Positions 46,069-56,199 of a stretch of DNA of 64,000 nt are shown one piece after another. Origin of the DNA: an uncultured Gammaproteobacteria bacterium (GTDB lineage: Bacteria; Pseudomonadota; Gammaproteobacteria; Steroidobacterales; Steroidobacteraceae); NCBI GenBank assembly GCA_963734735.1, contig CAVTIE010000003.1, forward strand, positions 42,650 through 106,649, in the 5' to 3' direction. Under the pieces are notes generated by a model. That model was not told where the DNA came from and searched no databases. It saw only the letters and a list, made by a program, of their open reading frames with translations. The stretch's first letter is position 1; the number at the start of each line of letters is the position of its first letter. The translations under genes and the position numbers were made by a program.

Positions 46069-46689
46069 GTGTCGAAACGCGGCCATCTCTATGTCATCGC
46101 GGCGCCTTCGGGCGCGGGCAAGACGAGCCTGCTGCATGCACTGATGCGCCGGCGTCCCGGGGTCTCGTTCTCGGTCTCCTGCACCACTCGCAAGCCCCGG
46201 CAGCACGAGCAGGACGGCCGCGACTACCATTTCATCGACCGCGCCGAGTTCGAGCGACTGGTCGCGGCCGGCGAGTTCGTCGAGCACGCGAATGTCTTCG
46301 GCAACCTCTATGGCACGCGCCGGAGCGTGGTCGAGGCGACTCTGGCCGAAGGCCGCGACCTGATCCTCGAGATCGACTGGCAGGGCGCGAAGCAGGTACG
46401 CGAGCACCTGCCGGAGGCCATCCAGATATTCATACTGCCGCCCTCCCGCCCCGAGCTGGAAGCCAGGCTCAGGAAGCGGGCGACGGACAGCGAAGAGGTG
46501 ATCGCGCGGCGCCTCCAGGAGTCGGATCTCGAGATGTCGCACTGGCGCGCGTTTGACTACATCATCATCAATCGCGACTTCGAGCAGGCGCTGGCCGAGC
46601 TGGAGGCCATCTTCGAGGGCCGCGGCGAGGCGAGCCGCCGGGACCGGCCGGGTCTTGCGGATTTCGTCCGGGAGTCGCTGGGGACCTGA
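46069..46689 (+). CDS. gmk: Guanylate kinase
   Basis: LYVIAAPSGAGKTSL P-loop, TTRKPR, full length 206 aa. Confidence 0.95.
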   Translation: MSKRGHLYVIAAPSGAGKTSLLHALMRRRPGVSFSVSCTTRKPRQHEQDGRDYHFIDRAEFERLVAAGEFVEHANVFGNLYGTRRSVVEATLAEGRDLILEIDWQGAKQVREHLPEAIQIFILPPSRPELEARLRKRATDSEEVIARRLQESDLEMSHWRAFDYIIINRDFEQALAELEAIFEGRGEASRRDRPGLADFVRESLGT

Positions 46690-46762
46690 AAACGGCTGTT
46701 GCCCGCCCGTGTTGGCTGTTCCAGGATTCGCTAGCATTGGCGTGCAGGGAGGTACGGGATCC

Positions 46763-47071
46763 ATGGCAGGCAAGGACCGGCAAACGGGTAGCAGCCCGGC
46801 GACGGATCGCCGCTGGCATGCGGTTTCGGTAAAGCCGGGCGGCAACGCCTGCAATGCAGCCGTCTCCGGCAAGAACCGACGCTGGCTGTCTCGTGAGGCA
46901 CCGCTCCTGCCCCTGCCCGGCTGCACCCGCCCCGATACCTGCGCCTGCACGTACAACCATCACGATGACCGCCGGGAGGGCAGCCGCCGGGCCCAGGACC
47001 TCGACGCCTTCGGCCAGCCACCCCGCCTCACCAACGAGCGGCGAAAGGGCAAGTCTCGGCGCACCGGCTAG
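46763..47071 (+). CDS. Small basic Cys-containing protein (102 aa), unknown function
   Basis: GGGAGG about 10 nt before the ATG at 46763. RWHAVSV...ACNAA...[25 protein letters not shown]. Confidence 0.5.
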   Translation: MAGKDRQTGSSPATDRRWHAVSVKPGGNACNAAVSGKNRRWLSREAPLLPLPGCTRPDTCACTYNHHDDRREGSRRAQDLDAFGQPPRLTNERRKGKSRRTG

Positions 47072-47080
47072 AGTCTCTGC

Positions 47081-47127
47081 CGAAGGGGTCCGTCCCCTTC
47101 AGCAGACTGAAGGGGACGGACCCCTCC
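47081..47127. repeat. REP-like element (two inverted core copies)
   Basis: cgaaggggtccgtccccttcagcagactgaaggggacggacccctcc. Confidence 0.85.
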
Positions 47128-47198
47128 CGCGTAGAAGCTATCCGCCCCGTTTGCTGCTATCATTTCCGGTCCAATTCACTGAAATTACGGTCTTTTCC

Positions 47199-47486
47199 AT
47201 GGCCCGCATCACCGTCGAAGATTGCCTGCACACGGTCGACAACCTGTTCGACCTCGTCCTGCTCGCCGCCAAGCGATCGCGCCGCCTCGTCAATGGCGCG
47301 GAAGCCCGCGTCGACTGGGAGAACGACAAGCCCACGGTGGTGGCGCTGCGCGAGATCGCGGAAGGCAAGGTCACGATCGACCTGCTGTCCGAGCCGGATC
47401 CGGAGCCGGAGCAGGAGATGATTCCTGAGAACCCGCTCGACCTCGGCGTCGATTTCCGCGCTCCGCAGCTCGGCCTCGGAGACTGA
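47199..47486 (+). CDS. rpoZ: DNA-directed RNA polymerase subunit omega
   Basis: [10 protein letters not shown]...[16 protein letters not shown]. Confidence 0.95.
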   Translation: MARITVEDCLHTVDNLFDLVLLAAKRSRRLVNGAEARVDWENDKPTVVALREIAEGKVTIDLLSEPDPEPEQEMIPENPLDLGVDFRAPQLGLGD

Positions 47487-47505
47487 TCCCGGACCCGCCG
47501 ATCCG

Positions 47506-49656
47506 ATGAATTACGCGTCTTCCATCCTCGGACTGCTGCCGGGCGGAAGACGCGCTCCCGGGATCGGCCAGCTCACGTCCAAGATCGAAGGCTACCTGCC
47601 GGCCGACCAGGTCGAGCGGGTACGCGAGGCCTTCGAGTACGCCGAGGCCGCCCACAAGGGCCAGAAGCGCCAGTCGGGCGAAGCCTTCATCACGCACCCG
47701 ATCGCGGTCGCCGACATCCTCGCCGACCTGCACCTCGACGGCGCGACGCTCGCCGCCGCGATCCTTCACGACGTGGTCGAGGACACCCCCTCCTCCATGG
47801 CCGAGGTCGAGCAGAAATTCGGCAAGGAGATCGCGGAGCTCGTCGACGGCGTGACGAAGCTGGACCAGGTCCAGTTCAAGAGCCGCAAGGAGGCGCAGGC
47901 CGAGAGCTTCCGCAAGATGATCCTGGCGATGGTGCGCGACATCCGCGTCATCATGGTGAAGCTCGCCGACCGCACCCACAACATGCGGACGCTCGCCGCC
48001 ATGCCGCCCGAGAAGCGCCGGGCGGTCGCGCGGGAGACCCTCGACATCTACGGGCCGATCGCGAACCGGCTCGGCATCCACTCCATCAAGCTCGAGCTGG
48101 AAGAGCTCGGCTTCCGGACGCTCTACCCGCAGCGCTACCGGATCATCGAGCGCGAGCTCAAGCGCGCCCGCGGAAACCAGCGCGAATTCCTGCCGAAGAT
48201 CGTCAAGGCGCTGCGCAAGTCGCTCACGGCCGCGGGCGTCAACGGCCGCGTGGAAGCGCGCGAGAAGCACCTGTACAGCGTGTACCTCAAGATGCGGCGG
48301 AAGCACCTATCGCTGTCGCAGGTCGTCGACATGTTCGGCCTCAGGATCATCGTGGGCAGCGTGGACGAGTGCTACCGCACGCTCGGGCTGGTTCACGGCC
48401 TCTACCGGCCGATGCCGGGCCGCTTCAAGGACTACATCGCGATCCCGCGCGTCAACGGCTACCAGTCGCTGCACACGGCGCTGTTCGGGCCGAACGGAAT
48501 GCCGATCGAGGTCCAGATCCGCACCGAGGACATGCATCGCATGGCGGAGTCCGGGATCGCCGCGCACTGGCAGTACAAGACCGGCGAGAACGACGGCGAG
48601 GCGCAGCAGCTCCGCGCGCGCGAGTGGCTCCAGGGCGTGATGGACATGCACGAGGGCTCGGCCGAAGAGCTGATGGAAAGCGTCAAGGTCGACCTCTTCC
48701 CCGACAAGGTCTATGTCTTCACGCCCAAGGGCGACATCATGCGCCTGCCGCGCGGCGCCACCTGCGTCGACTTCGCCTATGCGGTGCACACGGGCGTCGG
48801 CCAGCGCTGCGTCGCCGCCAAGGTCGACCGCCGCCTGGTGCCGCTGCGCACCGTGCTGCGGAACGGCCAGACCGTCGAGATCATCACCGCGAAGGGCGCG
48901 CAGCCGAATCCCGCCTGGGCGAGCTTCGTCACGACCGCGAAGGCCCGGTCCGCGATCCGGCAGTACCTCAGGACCCTGAAGCGCGGCGAAGCGGCGGAAC
49001 TCGGGGGGCGCATGCTGAACCAGGCGCTCGAGGAGTTCGAATTGTCGATCAAGAAGCTGCCGGCAGGCCGGCTCGACGAGGTTGCACGGTCGCTCTCGCT
49101 CAGGGACGGCACCGAGCTGCTCGAGAAGATCGGCCTCGGCGAGCGCCTCGCGCGCCTGATCTCACGACGGCTGCTGCCGGAAAACGACACTCGTCCCGAG
49201 GCGAGCCCGGCGCAGCCGCTCGCGATCGCCGGCACCGAGGGCCTCGTCGTCAGCTACGCGCGCTGCTGTTTCCCGATCCCCTTCGACGCGATCGTCGCCT
49301 TCCTCTCGAGCGGGCGCGGCATCGTGATTCACCGTGACATCTGCTCGAACGTCGCCGCCTTCGGCAAGCAGGAAGACAAGTGGATCCCCGCCGTCTGGCA
49401 GAAGGACCAGGATCGCCTGTTCAGCTCCGGGCTCTCGGTCGAGGCCAGGAACCGCATGGGCATCCTCGCCGAGATCGCGACGCGGATTGCCGCCGAGCAG
49501 AGCAACATCAGTCACGTCAACGTCGATTCCTCGCAGGGCGACCATTCCACGATCCTGTTCGAGGTCCAGGTCCGCGACCGCGTCCACATCGCCCGGCTGA
49601 TCCGTGCGATCCGCAGCATGCCCGACGTCATGAAAGTGGAGCGAAGCCTGGCCTGA
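47506..49656 (+). CDS. spoT: Bifunctional (p)ppGpp synthetase/hydrolase
   Basis: HD hydrolase motif (HPIAVA...LHDVVEDT), RelA/SpoT synthetase, TGS and ACT regions. Position after rpoZ. Confidence 0.9.
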   Translation: MNYASSILGLLPGGRRAPGIGQLTSKIEGYLPADQVERVREAFEYAEAAHKGQKRQSGEAFITHPIAVADILADLHLDGATLAAAILHDVVEDTPSSMAEVEQKFGKEIAELVDGVTKLDQVQFKSRKEAQAESFRKMILAMVRDIRVIMVKLADRTHNMRTLAAMPPEKRRAVARETLDIYGPIANRLGIHSIKLELEELGFRTLYPQRYRIIERELKRARGNQREFLPKIVKALRKSLTAAGVNGRVEAREKHLYSVYLKMRRKHLSLSQVVDMFGLRIIVGSVDECYRTLGLVHGLYRPMPGRFKDYIAIPRVNGYQSLHTALFGPNGMPIEVQIRTEDMHRMAESGIAAHWQYKTGENDGEAQQLRAREWLQGVMDMHEGSAEELMESVKVDLFPDKVYVFTPKGDIMRLPRGATCVDFAYAVHTGVGQRCVAAKVDRRLVPLRTVLRNGQTVEIITAKGAQPNPAWASFVTTAKARSAIRQYLRTLKRGEAAELGGRMLNQALEEFELSIKKLPAGRLDEVARSLSLRDGTELLEKIGLGERLARLISRRLLPENDTRPEASPAQPLAIAGTEGLVVSYARCCFPIPFDAIVAFLSSGRGIVIHRDICSNVAAFGKQEDKWIPAVWQKDQDRLFSSGLSVEARNRMGILAEIATRIAAEQSNISHVNVDSSQGDHSTILFEVQVRDRVHIARLIRAIRSMPDVMKVERSLA

Positions 49657-49718
49657 GGCCGCGCGATTCCCGGCCCGCGGGCGGCGGCGGCCGTGCCGCC
49701 GCCAGCCACGCGGGTCGA

Positions 49719-49928
49719 TCAGGCACGGCGGCGGCTCGCGGAGTCGGGTTGCCGCCGGCGACGGACATCGAACGCTGCGATCTGGTCGGGCGCGGACTGC
49801 TCCTCGAGCTTCTGCAGCTGCGCCGGGTCAAACGACTCGACCAGCGAGGACAGGAGGACCGCGGTGACGGCGGCTGCGGCAATACCGGCGACGACGCTTC
49901 GGCCCCGGCTGGTGTATCCCTTGTTCAT
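49719..49928 (-). CDS. Small membrane-anchored protein (69 aa)
   Basis: GAGGAG before the ATG at 49928. TM helix VVAGIAAAAVTAVLLSSLV. Confidence 0.45.
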   Translation of the reverse strand: MNKGYTSRGRSVVAGIAAAAVTAVLLSSLVESFDPAQLQKLEEQSAPDQIAAFDVRRRRQPDSASRRRA

Positions 49929-50024
49929 GATCTGTCTCCTCGAAATAGTGGGTGAATCCGAGGGTGATCTTCCGTGGGCAGGGGATTTCCTTCTGTCAGC
50001 TACCTGACGCAACTCGATTAATAT

Positions 50025-50411
50025 GTGGCCATGACACGCAGGATCATCCACACGGAGCGCGCCCCCAAGGCGATCGGACCCTATTCGCAGGCGGTTGCGG
50101 CCGGCGGCGCCGTCTATCTTTCCGGCCAGGTCGGGCTCGATCCGGCGACCGGGGAGCTCGTGCCCGGCGGCATCGAGGCCGAGGCCCGGCGCGTTTTCTC
50201 GAACCTCGCCGCCGTCGCCGAGGCCGCGGGCTCGAGCCTCGCCGCCGCGGTGCGGGTGACGATCTATCTCGCCGACTTCGGGCAGTTCTCCACCGTGAAC
50301 CGCATCATGCAGGAGTTCTTCAGCGAGCCTTACCCGGCGCGAGTCACGATCGGCGCGGCTGCGCTGCCGCGCGGCGCCGCGATCGAGGTCGACTGCATCC
50401 TGGTGCCGTGA
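50025..50411 (+). CDS. ridA: RidA/YjgF-family reactive intermediate deaminase
   Basis: APKAIGPYSQAV...VYLSGQVGLDP...ARVTIGAAALPRGAAIEVD. Confidence 0.9.
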   Translation: MAMTRRIIHTERAPKAIGPYSQAVAAGGAVYLSGQVGLDPATGELVPGGIEAEARRVFSNLAAVAEAAGSSLAAAVRVTIYLADFGQFSTVNRIMQEFFSEPYPARVTIGAAALPRGAAIEVDCILVP

Positions 50412-52480
50412 CGATCGAACGGCGGCCGGTCACCGGGCTCAAGGGCGTCGGCCCCGCGCTCGCGAAGCGGCTCGCGAAACTCGGCATCGAGAACGTCGCC
50501 GACCTGCTGTTCTGGCTGCCGACGCGTTACGAAGACCGGACGCATCTCGTGCCGATCGGATCGCTGCGCCCGGGCGCGCGCGCCGCGGTCGAGGGGGAAA
50601 TCGAGCTCGCCGAGGTCGTATTCCGGGGGCGGCGTTCGCTGCTCGTGCGGCTGTCGGACGGCACCGGCTTCCTGACGCTGCGGTTCTTTCACTTCAGCAG
50701 CGCGCAGCAGGCGCAACTCGTGCGGGGGGCGCGCCTGCGCTGCTTCGGCGAGGTGCGGCGCGGCAAGCACGGGCCCGAGATCGTCCATCCGGAGTACCGG
50801 AACGCGGATGCGCCCGACACCCAGGCGGTGGAGGACGTATTGACGCCGATCTATCCCGCGACGGAAGGAATCCAGCAGGGCCGGCTCCGGAACCTGACGG
50901 CCCAGGCGCTCGCCGCGGCCGGCGACGGCGAATTGCCGGACTGGCTGCCAGCGGAACTGCAGCGCGAGATGAAGCTGCTGCCGCTCCGCGACGCGCTGCG
51001 CTTCGTCCACCGCCCGCCGCCGGATACGAAGCTCGGCGAGCTCGAGGAAGGCCGCCACCCGGCGCAACGCCGCCTCGCATTCGAGGAACTGCTCGCGCAC
51101 CAGCTCTCGCTCCGCCAGCTGCGCAACGAAGTCCGTCGCGACCCGGCCTGGGCGCTCGCCGCGCCCGGAAAGCTCGCCGGCCGGCTGCTCGCGGCGACGG
51201 GATTCACGCTCACGGGCGCGCAACGGCGGGTGATCGGCGAAATCCGCCGCGACCTCGCGGTCGCGCACCCGATGCTGCGCCTGGTGCAGGGCGACGTCGG
51301 CTCCGGCAAGACGATCGTCGCGGCGCTCGCGGCGGCGGATGCGGTCGAGGCCGGCGCGCAGGCAGCGCTGATGGCGCCGACGGAGCTCCTCGCCGAGCAG
51401 CACTGGCAGAACTTCTCGCGCTGGCTCGGGCCGCTCTCGATCGAGCCCCTGCTCCTGACGGGTCGCCTGTCCGCGCGCCTGCGGCGCGACGCCCTCGCCG
51501 CCGTCGGAAGCGGCTCGCGAAGCATCGTCATCGGCACGCACGCGCTCTTCCAGGAGGACGTGACTTTCGCGAAGCTCGCGCTCGTGATCGTGGACGAGCA
51601 GCACCGCTTCGGCGTGCACCAGCGCCTGCGGCTGCGGGAAAAGGGCGCGGGCGGACGATTCCCGCACCAGCTCATCATGACGGCGACCCCCATCCCGCGC
51701 ACGCTCGCGATGACCGCCTATGCCGACCTCGACGTTTCCGTCATCGACGAGCTGCCGCCGGGGCGCACGCCGATCCTCACCGTCGCCATGCCCGATGCCC
51801 GCCGCGACGAGATCGTCCGCCGGATCCGCAGCGCCTGCCTCGAGGGGCGCCAGGCCTATTGGGTCTGCCCGCTCATCGAGGAATCCGAGCTGCTCGAAGC
51901 CCAGGCGGCGGAAGACACGGCCGCGGCGCTGGCGCAGGCGCTGCCGGACGTCGCGGTCGGCATCGTCCACGGGCGCATGCCGCCGGCCGCCCGCGAGAAG
52001 ACGATGGCGAAATTCAAGTCGGGCGAGATCGGCCTCCTCGTCGCGACCACGGTCATCGAGGTCGGCGTCGACGTGCCGAATGCCAGCCTGATGGTGATCG
52101 AGAATGCGGAGCGCATGGGGCTCGCGCAACTGCACCAGCTGCGCGGCCGCGTCGGGCGCGGGCGCGAGGCGTCCTCCTGCGTCCTGCTCTGGCACGGCCC
52201 GCTTTCGCCGATCGCGAAGGAGCGCCTCGCGGTGCTCCGAACTACCAGCGACGGATTCGCCGTCGCGCGCCGCGACCTCGAGCTTCGCGGGCCGGGCGAA
52301 CTGCTCGGCACGCGCCAGACGGGGCTCATGCAACTCAAGGTCGCGGACCTCATGCGCGATGCCGACCTCCTGCCCAGGGTCCAGGCGGCGGCCGACGTGA
52401 TGCTGGCTTCACATGCGGATAACATTGCGCCGCTGAAGCGCCGCTGGATCGGCCGGTCGATCCACTACGGAAAGGTATGA
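50408..52480 (+). CDS. recG: ATP-dependent DNA helicase RecG
   Basis: The GTG overlaps the ridA stop (GTGA). LLFWLPTRYEDRT wedge region, GDVGSGKT Walker A, DEQHRFG, QLHQLRGRVGRG. Confidence 0.95.
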   Translation: MTIERRPVTGLKGVGPALAKRLAKLGIENVADLLFWLPTRYEDRTHLVPIGSLRPGARAAVEGEIELAEVVFRGRRSLLVRLSDGTGFLTLRFFHFSSAQQAQLVRGARLRCFGEVRRGKHGPEIVHPEYRNADAPDTQAVEDVLTPIYPATEGIQQGRLRNLTAQALAAAGDGELPDWLPAELQREMKLLPLRDALRFVHRPPPDTKLGELEEGRHPAQRRLAFEELLAHQLSLRQLRNEVRRDPAWALAAPGKLAGRLLAATGFTLTGAQRRVIGEIRRDLAVAHPMLRLVQGDVGSGKTIVAALAAADAVEAGAQAALMAPTELLAEQHWQNFSRWLGPLSIEPLLLTGRLSARLRRDALAAVGSGSRSIVIGTHALFQEDVTFAKLALVIVDEQHRFGVHQRLRLREKGAGGRFPHQLIMTATPIPRTLAMTAYADLDVSVIDELPPGRTPILTVAMPDARRDEIVRRIRSACLEGRQAYWVCPLIEESELLEAQAAEDTAAALAQALPDVAVGIVHGRMPPAAREKTMAKFKSGEIGLLVATTVIEVGVDVPNASLMVIENAERMGLAQLHQLRGRVGRGREASSCVLLWHGPLSPIAKERLAVLRTTSDGFAVARRDLELRGPGELLGTRQTGLMQLKVADLMRDADLLPRVQAAADVMLASHADNIAPLKRRWIGRSIHYGKV

Positions 52481-53043
52481 ACGGACAACCCGCCGCCAGG
52501 ACGGACACGCGACCCGCGCCCCAATGGACGGCGCGGCTGGATGCGCTCGATCCCGCGGCGGAGCCGGCGGCCGCGGCGTGGCTGCAGGAGCCGGGCCTGC
52601 TCACCGAACGGCTGCGCGCCTGCTGCGCGGGCCAGCCAGGGCTCACCGTCATCGCGGAGGGCGAAGCGCCGCTCGCGATCCCCGACGCGGTGGTGCTCCA
52701 GGCTTCGGGCAACGCCGCCTTCGTGCGCGAGATCGAGCTCACCTGCGACGGGCGCCCCTGGGTGTTCGCGCAGACGCTGGTGCCGCAGGCGACCCTGGCG
52801 CGGCAGCGCTGGCTCTCCTCGCTCGGCCGCGCCGCCCTCGGCGAACGCCTGGCGGCGGTGCCCGGCATCGAGCGCGGGCCGCTCGAGTTCGCGCGTCTCC
52901 TCCCCGGCGACCGGCTCTACCATCGCGCCATCCGCGAACGCCGCGATCTGCCAGCCGCCCTGTGGGCCCGGCGGTCCTGGTTCGCGATCGAAGGGGATCG
53001 CCTGCTGGTGCAGGAAGTGTTCCTGCCCGAAGCGCATCCGTGA
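52477..53043 (+). CDS. ubiC: Chorismate pyruvate-lyase
   Basis: 188 aa, precedes ubiA, FVREIEL...PWVFAQTLVP pattern. The ATG overlaps the recG stop. Confidence 0.8.
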   Translation: MNGQPAARTDTRPAPQWTARLDALDPAAEPAAAAWLQEPGLLTERLRACCAGQPGLTVIAEGEAPLAIPDAVVLQASGNAAFVREIELTCDGRPWVFAQTLVPQATLARQRWLSSLGRAALGERLAAVPGIERGPLEFARLLPGDRLYHRAIRERRDLPAALWARRSWFAIEGDRLLVQEVFLPEAHP

Positions 53044-54002
53044 ACGCCGGGACGGGCCGCGAGAACCCGCGCCAGCCCGATCCCGCGTACAAGCCGGAAT
53101 GGAAGCCGCACGGCGTGCGCGATGCGTTCCGCGCACTCGGGAGGACGCTCCGTGAATACGCGCTCCTCATGCGCTTGCACCGGCCGATCGGCATCTGGCT
53201 CCTGCTGTGGCCCGCGTTGTGGGGGCTCTGGATCGCCGGCAAGGGCCGGCCCGACGCGCGGGTGCTGGTGCTGTTCGTCGCCGGCGTCGTCGTGACCCGC
53301 TCGGCCGGCTGCGTGATCAACGACTACGCCGACCGTGATTTCGACCGCAAGGTGACGCGCACGCGCGACCGCCCGCTCGCCGCGCGGCGCGTGGCCCCCA
53401 GCGAGGCGCTCTTCCTGTTCGTGGCGCTCGGCTTCATCGCGGTCTGGCTCGCGCTGCAGCTCGATCCCCTGGCGCAGCTCTATGCGGTCGCCGGCGGACT
53501 GCTTGCCATGACCTATCCCTGGCTCAAGCGCATCGTGCACATCCCCCAGTTCTACCTGGGTGTCGCCTTCGGCTGGTCGATCCCGATGGCCTTCGCCGCG
53601 CTGACCGGCGCCGTGCCAAAGATCGCCTGGCTGCTGCTGGCCGCCGTCGTGCTCTGGGCGGCGGTCTACGACACGATGTATGCGATGGTCGACCGCGCGG
53701 ACGACGAGCGCATCGGCGTCAAGTCCACGGCCATCCTCTTCGGCGAGGCCGACCGGTTCATCATCGCGGTGATGCAGGCCATGACCCTGTTTGCGCTCTG
53801 GCTCGCGGGCCAGGAAGCCGGGCTCGGCGACTGGTATCGCGCCGGACTTGCCGCGGCGGCGGTCTTCTTCCTGTACGAGCTCTGGCTGATCCGCCGTCGC
53901 GAGCCCGAGGCCTGCTTCCGCGCCTTCAACAACAATCACTACGTCGGGCTCGTCGTCTTTGTGGGACTCGCGCTCGACTACCTCTACCATGCTGGCAACT
54001 GA
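53040..54002 (+). CDS. ubiA: 4-hydroxybenzoate polyprenyltransferase
   Basis: The GTG overlaps the ubiC stop. GCVINDYADRDFD and YDTMYAMVDRADD motifs. Confidence 0.9.
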   Translation: MNAGTGRENPRQPDPAYKPEWKPHGVRDAFRALGRTLREYALLMRLHRPIGIWLLLWPALWGLWIAGKGRPDARVLVLFVAGVVVTRSAGCVINDYADRDFDRKVTRTRDRPLAARRVAPSEALFLFVALGFIAVWLALQLDPLAQLYAVAGGLLAMTYPWLKRIVHIPQFYLGVAFGWSIPMAFAALTGAVPKIAWLLLAAVVLWAAVYDTMYAMVDRADDERIGVKSTAILFGEADRFIIAVMQAMTLFALWLAGQEAGLGDWYRAGLAAAAVFFLYELWLIRRREPEACFRAFNNNHYVGLVVFVGLALDYLYHAGN

Positions 54003-54017
54003 TTCCGGAGTACGCCG

Positions 54018-56199
54018 ATGATCACACTCGACCGCCGCACCCTGCTGCTGTCCGCGGGTTCCGCCGCGGCCCTGGCCGCGATGCCCCGCCTTGCCTTCGG
54101 CGCCAGCCCGGCCGGCCCGCTCACGGCACGGATCGAGCCCGTCTCGGACACGTTTTTCGGCACGACCGTCACCGACCCGTATCGCTGGATGGAGAACCCG
54201 GGCGACCGCGACTGGGAGCCCTTCATGAAGAGCCAGGCTGCGCATGCGCGCGGCGTGCTCGACGCCATTCCCGGGCGCGCCGCGCTCGCGCGCCGCGTCA
54301 GCGAGCTGGCCGGCGACCTCGAAGTCATCGACTCGATCCAGCTCGGCGGGTCGTACGTGTTCATCGAGAAGCGGCCCGGCGGGCGCGAACAACTTCCAGC
54401 TCTTCATGCGCGATGGATTCACCGGCACCGACCGCCTGCTGATTGATCCTGAGGCGCGCACCCAGGGCGATGTGCATTTCTCCATGAACTACTGGAGCGC
54501 CTCGCCGGACGGCAAGTACGTGGCTTACGGGATGTCGCCCTCCGGTTCCGAGAATGCCGTGATCGAGATCATGGAGACGGCGACGGGCAGCGTGCTTCCC
54601 GCGCGCATCGACCGCGCGCAATACGCCTTTCCGGGCTGGCTGCCCGACGGCTCGGCCTTCTTCTACAACCGGCTGGCCGAGGGCGGCACCGCCGGCACGG
54701 TCGACTATTACAAGAACAGCGTCTGCTGGCTGCACCGCGTCGGCAGCGACCCGAAGACAGACATCAAGGTCCTGGCACGCGGGTTGTTTCCCGACGTCGC
54801 CGTGGAGGAAATCGAATTCCCGATCGTCATTGCGCAGCCGGGCTCGAGCCATGCGGTCGCCTTCCTGTTCGCGGGCGTCCAGAACGAAATCACGATGTAC
54901 GTGAATTCCCTGGAGGCCGCCGCCAGCGGCAAGGGCGGCTGGAGGAATGTCTGCGTTCCGGACGACAAGGTGACCGGCGGAACGATCCGCGGTGACGACC
55001 TCTACCTCGTCACCTACAAGGACGCGCCGCGCTATCGCGTCCTGCACGTGAAGGCGACCGATCCGGGCATCGCGAATGCCCGCGAGGTCGTGGCACAGGG
55101 GAGCACCGTCATCCAGAACGTGTTCGCCGCAAGGGATGCCGTTTACCTGCAGGAGCTCGACGGCGGCGTCGGGCGCATCCGCAGGCTCGGTGCCGACGGC
55201 AAGATCACCCCGATCGCGCTGCCGTTCGAGGGCACGGTCAGCTCGATCTACGCCGACACGGAACACGATGGCGCCTGGCTGCAGCTGCAGAACTGGGTGA
55301 GGCCGCCGGCCGTCTTCCAGGTTGCGGGCTCGGGCGTGGTGACCGATACCCGGCTTGCCACGCCGCCGGCCATCGACGTTTCGGCCTTCGAATCGACGCG
55401 CGTCTTCGCGGCCGCGAAGGACGGCACGATGATTCCCGTTTCCGTCGTCTACCCGAAAGGCATGAAGCGCGACGGCTCGGCGCCCGCGCTGATCGACGCT
55501 TATGGTTCCTATGGCATCACCTCGGATGCCTTCTTCGCGCCGCGATTCATCGCGTGGCTGGAACAGGGCGGCGTGTGGGCGACGGCGCACGTGCGCGGTG
55601 GCGGCGAGTTCGGGCGCGAGTGGCACGAAGGCGGACGCCTCCTGACCAAGCACAATACCTGGGGCGACCTGATCTCTGCGGCCGAGAAGCTGATCGCCGA
55701 CAACTGGACGAGGGCCGAGCGACTCGCGATCCGCGGCGGGTCGGCCGGGGGCATCACGGTCGGACGCGCCATGACGGAGCGGCCGGACCGGTTCGCCGCC
55801 GTCATCAGCCAGGTCGGCGTCTCGAATACCCTGCGCGCGGAATTTTCCCAGAACGGACCGCCAAACGTCCCGGAGTTCGGGTCGGTCTCCACGGCCGACG
55901 GATTCAAGGGCCTTTTCGAGATGGATTCGTACCATCACGTGGAGGATCGCGCGCTGTATCCCGCCGTGCTGTTGACGACCGGCATGACCGACCCGCGCGT
56001 CGATCCCTGGCAGGCCGCGAAGATGACGGCGCGGCTGCAACGGGCGACGGCTTCGGGAAAGCCGGTCCTGCTTCGCGTCGACTTCCAGGCCGGCCACGGC
56101 CTCGGCTCGACGCGAGCCCAGCGCGACGAAGAGTACGCCGACATCTTCGCCTTCGTGCTGTGGCAGTCCGGCGTTGCGGGCTTCCAGCCGCCGGGCTAG
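54018..56199 (+). CDS. Prolyl oligopeptidase (S9A) with Tat/Sec-type signal; 1-nt insertion in the GGG run at 54381-54383 as assembled
   Basis: DPYRWMEN N-terminus. ...FIEKRPGG joins ANNFQLFMRDG in the next frame. Catalytic GGSAGG Ser and C-terminal GHG. Confidence 0.85.

Noticed and set aside
13997-47127. REP loci as CRISPR arrays or MITEs
   Set aside because: Copies within a locus are inverted or nested rather than direct repeats separated by unique spacers. Each locus has at most 3 copies, and no cas genes are present. No terminal inverted repeat plus target-site duplication structure or transposase was seen.
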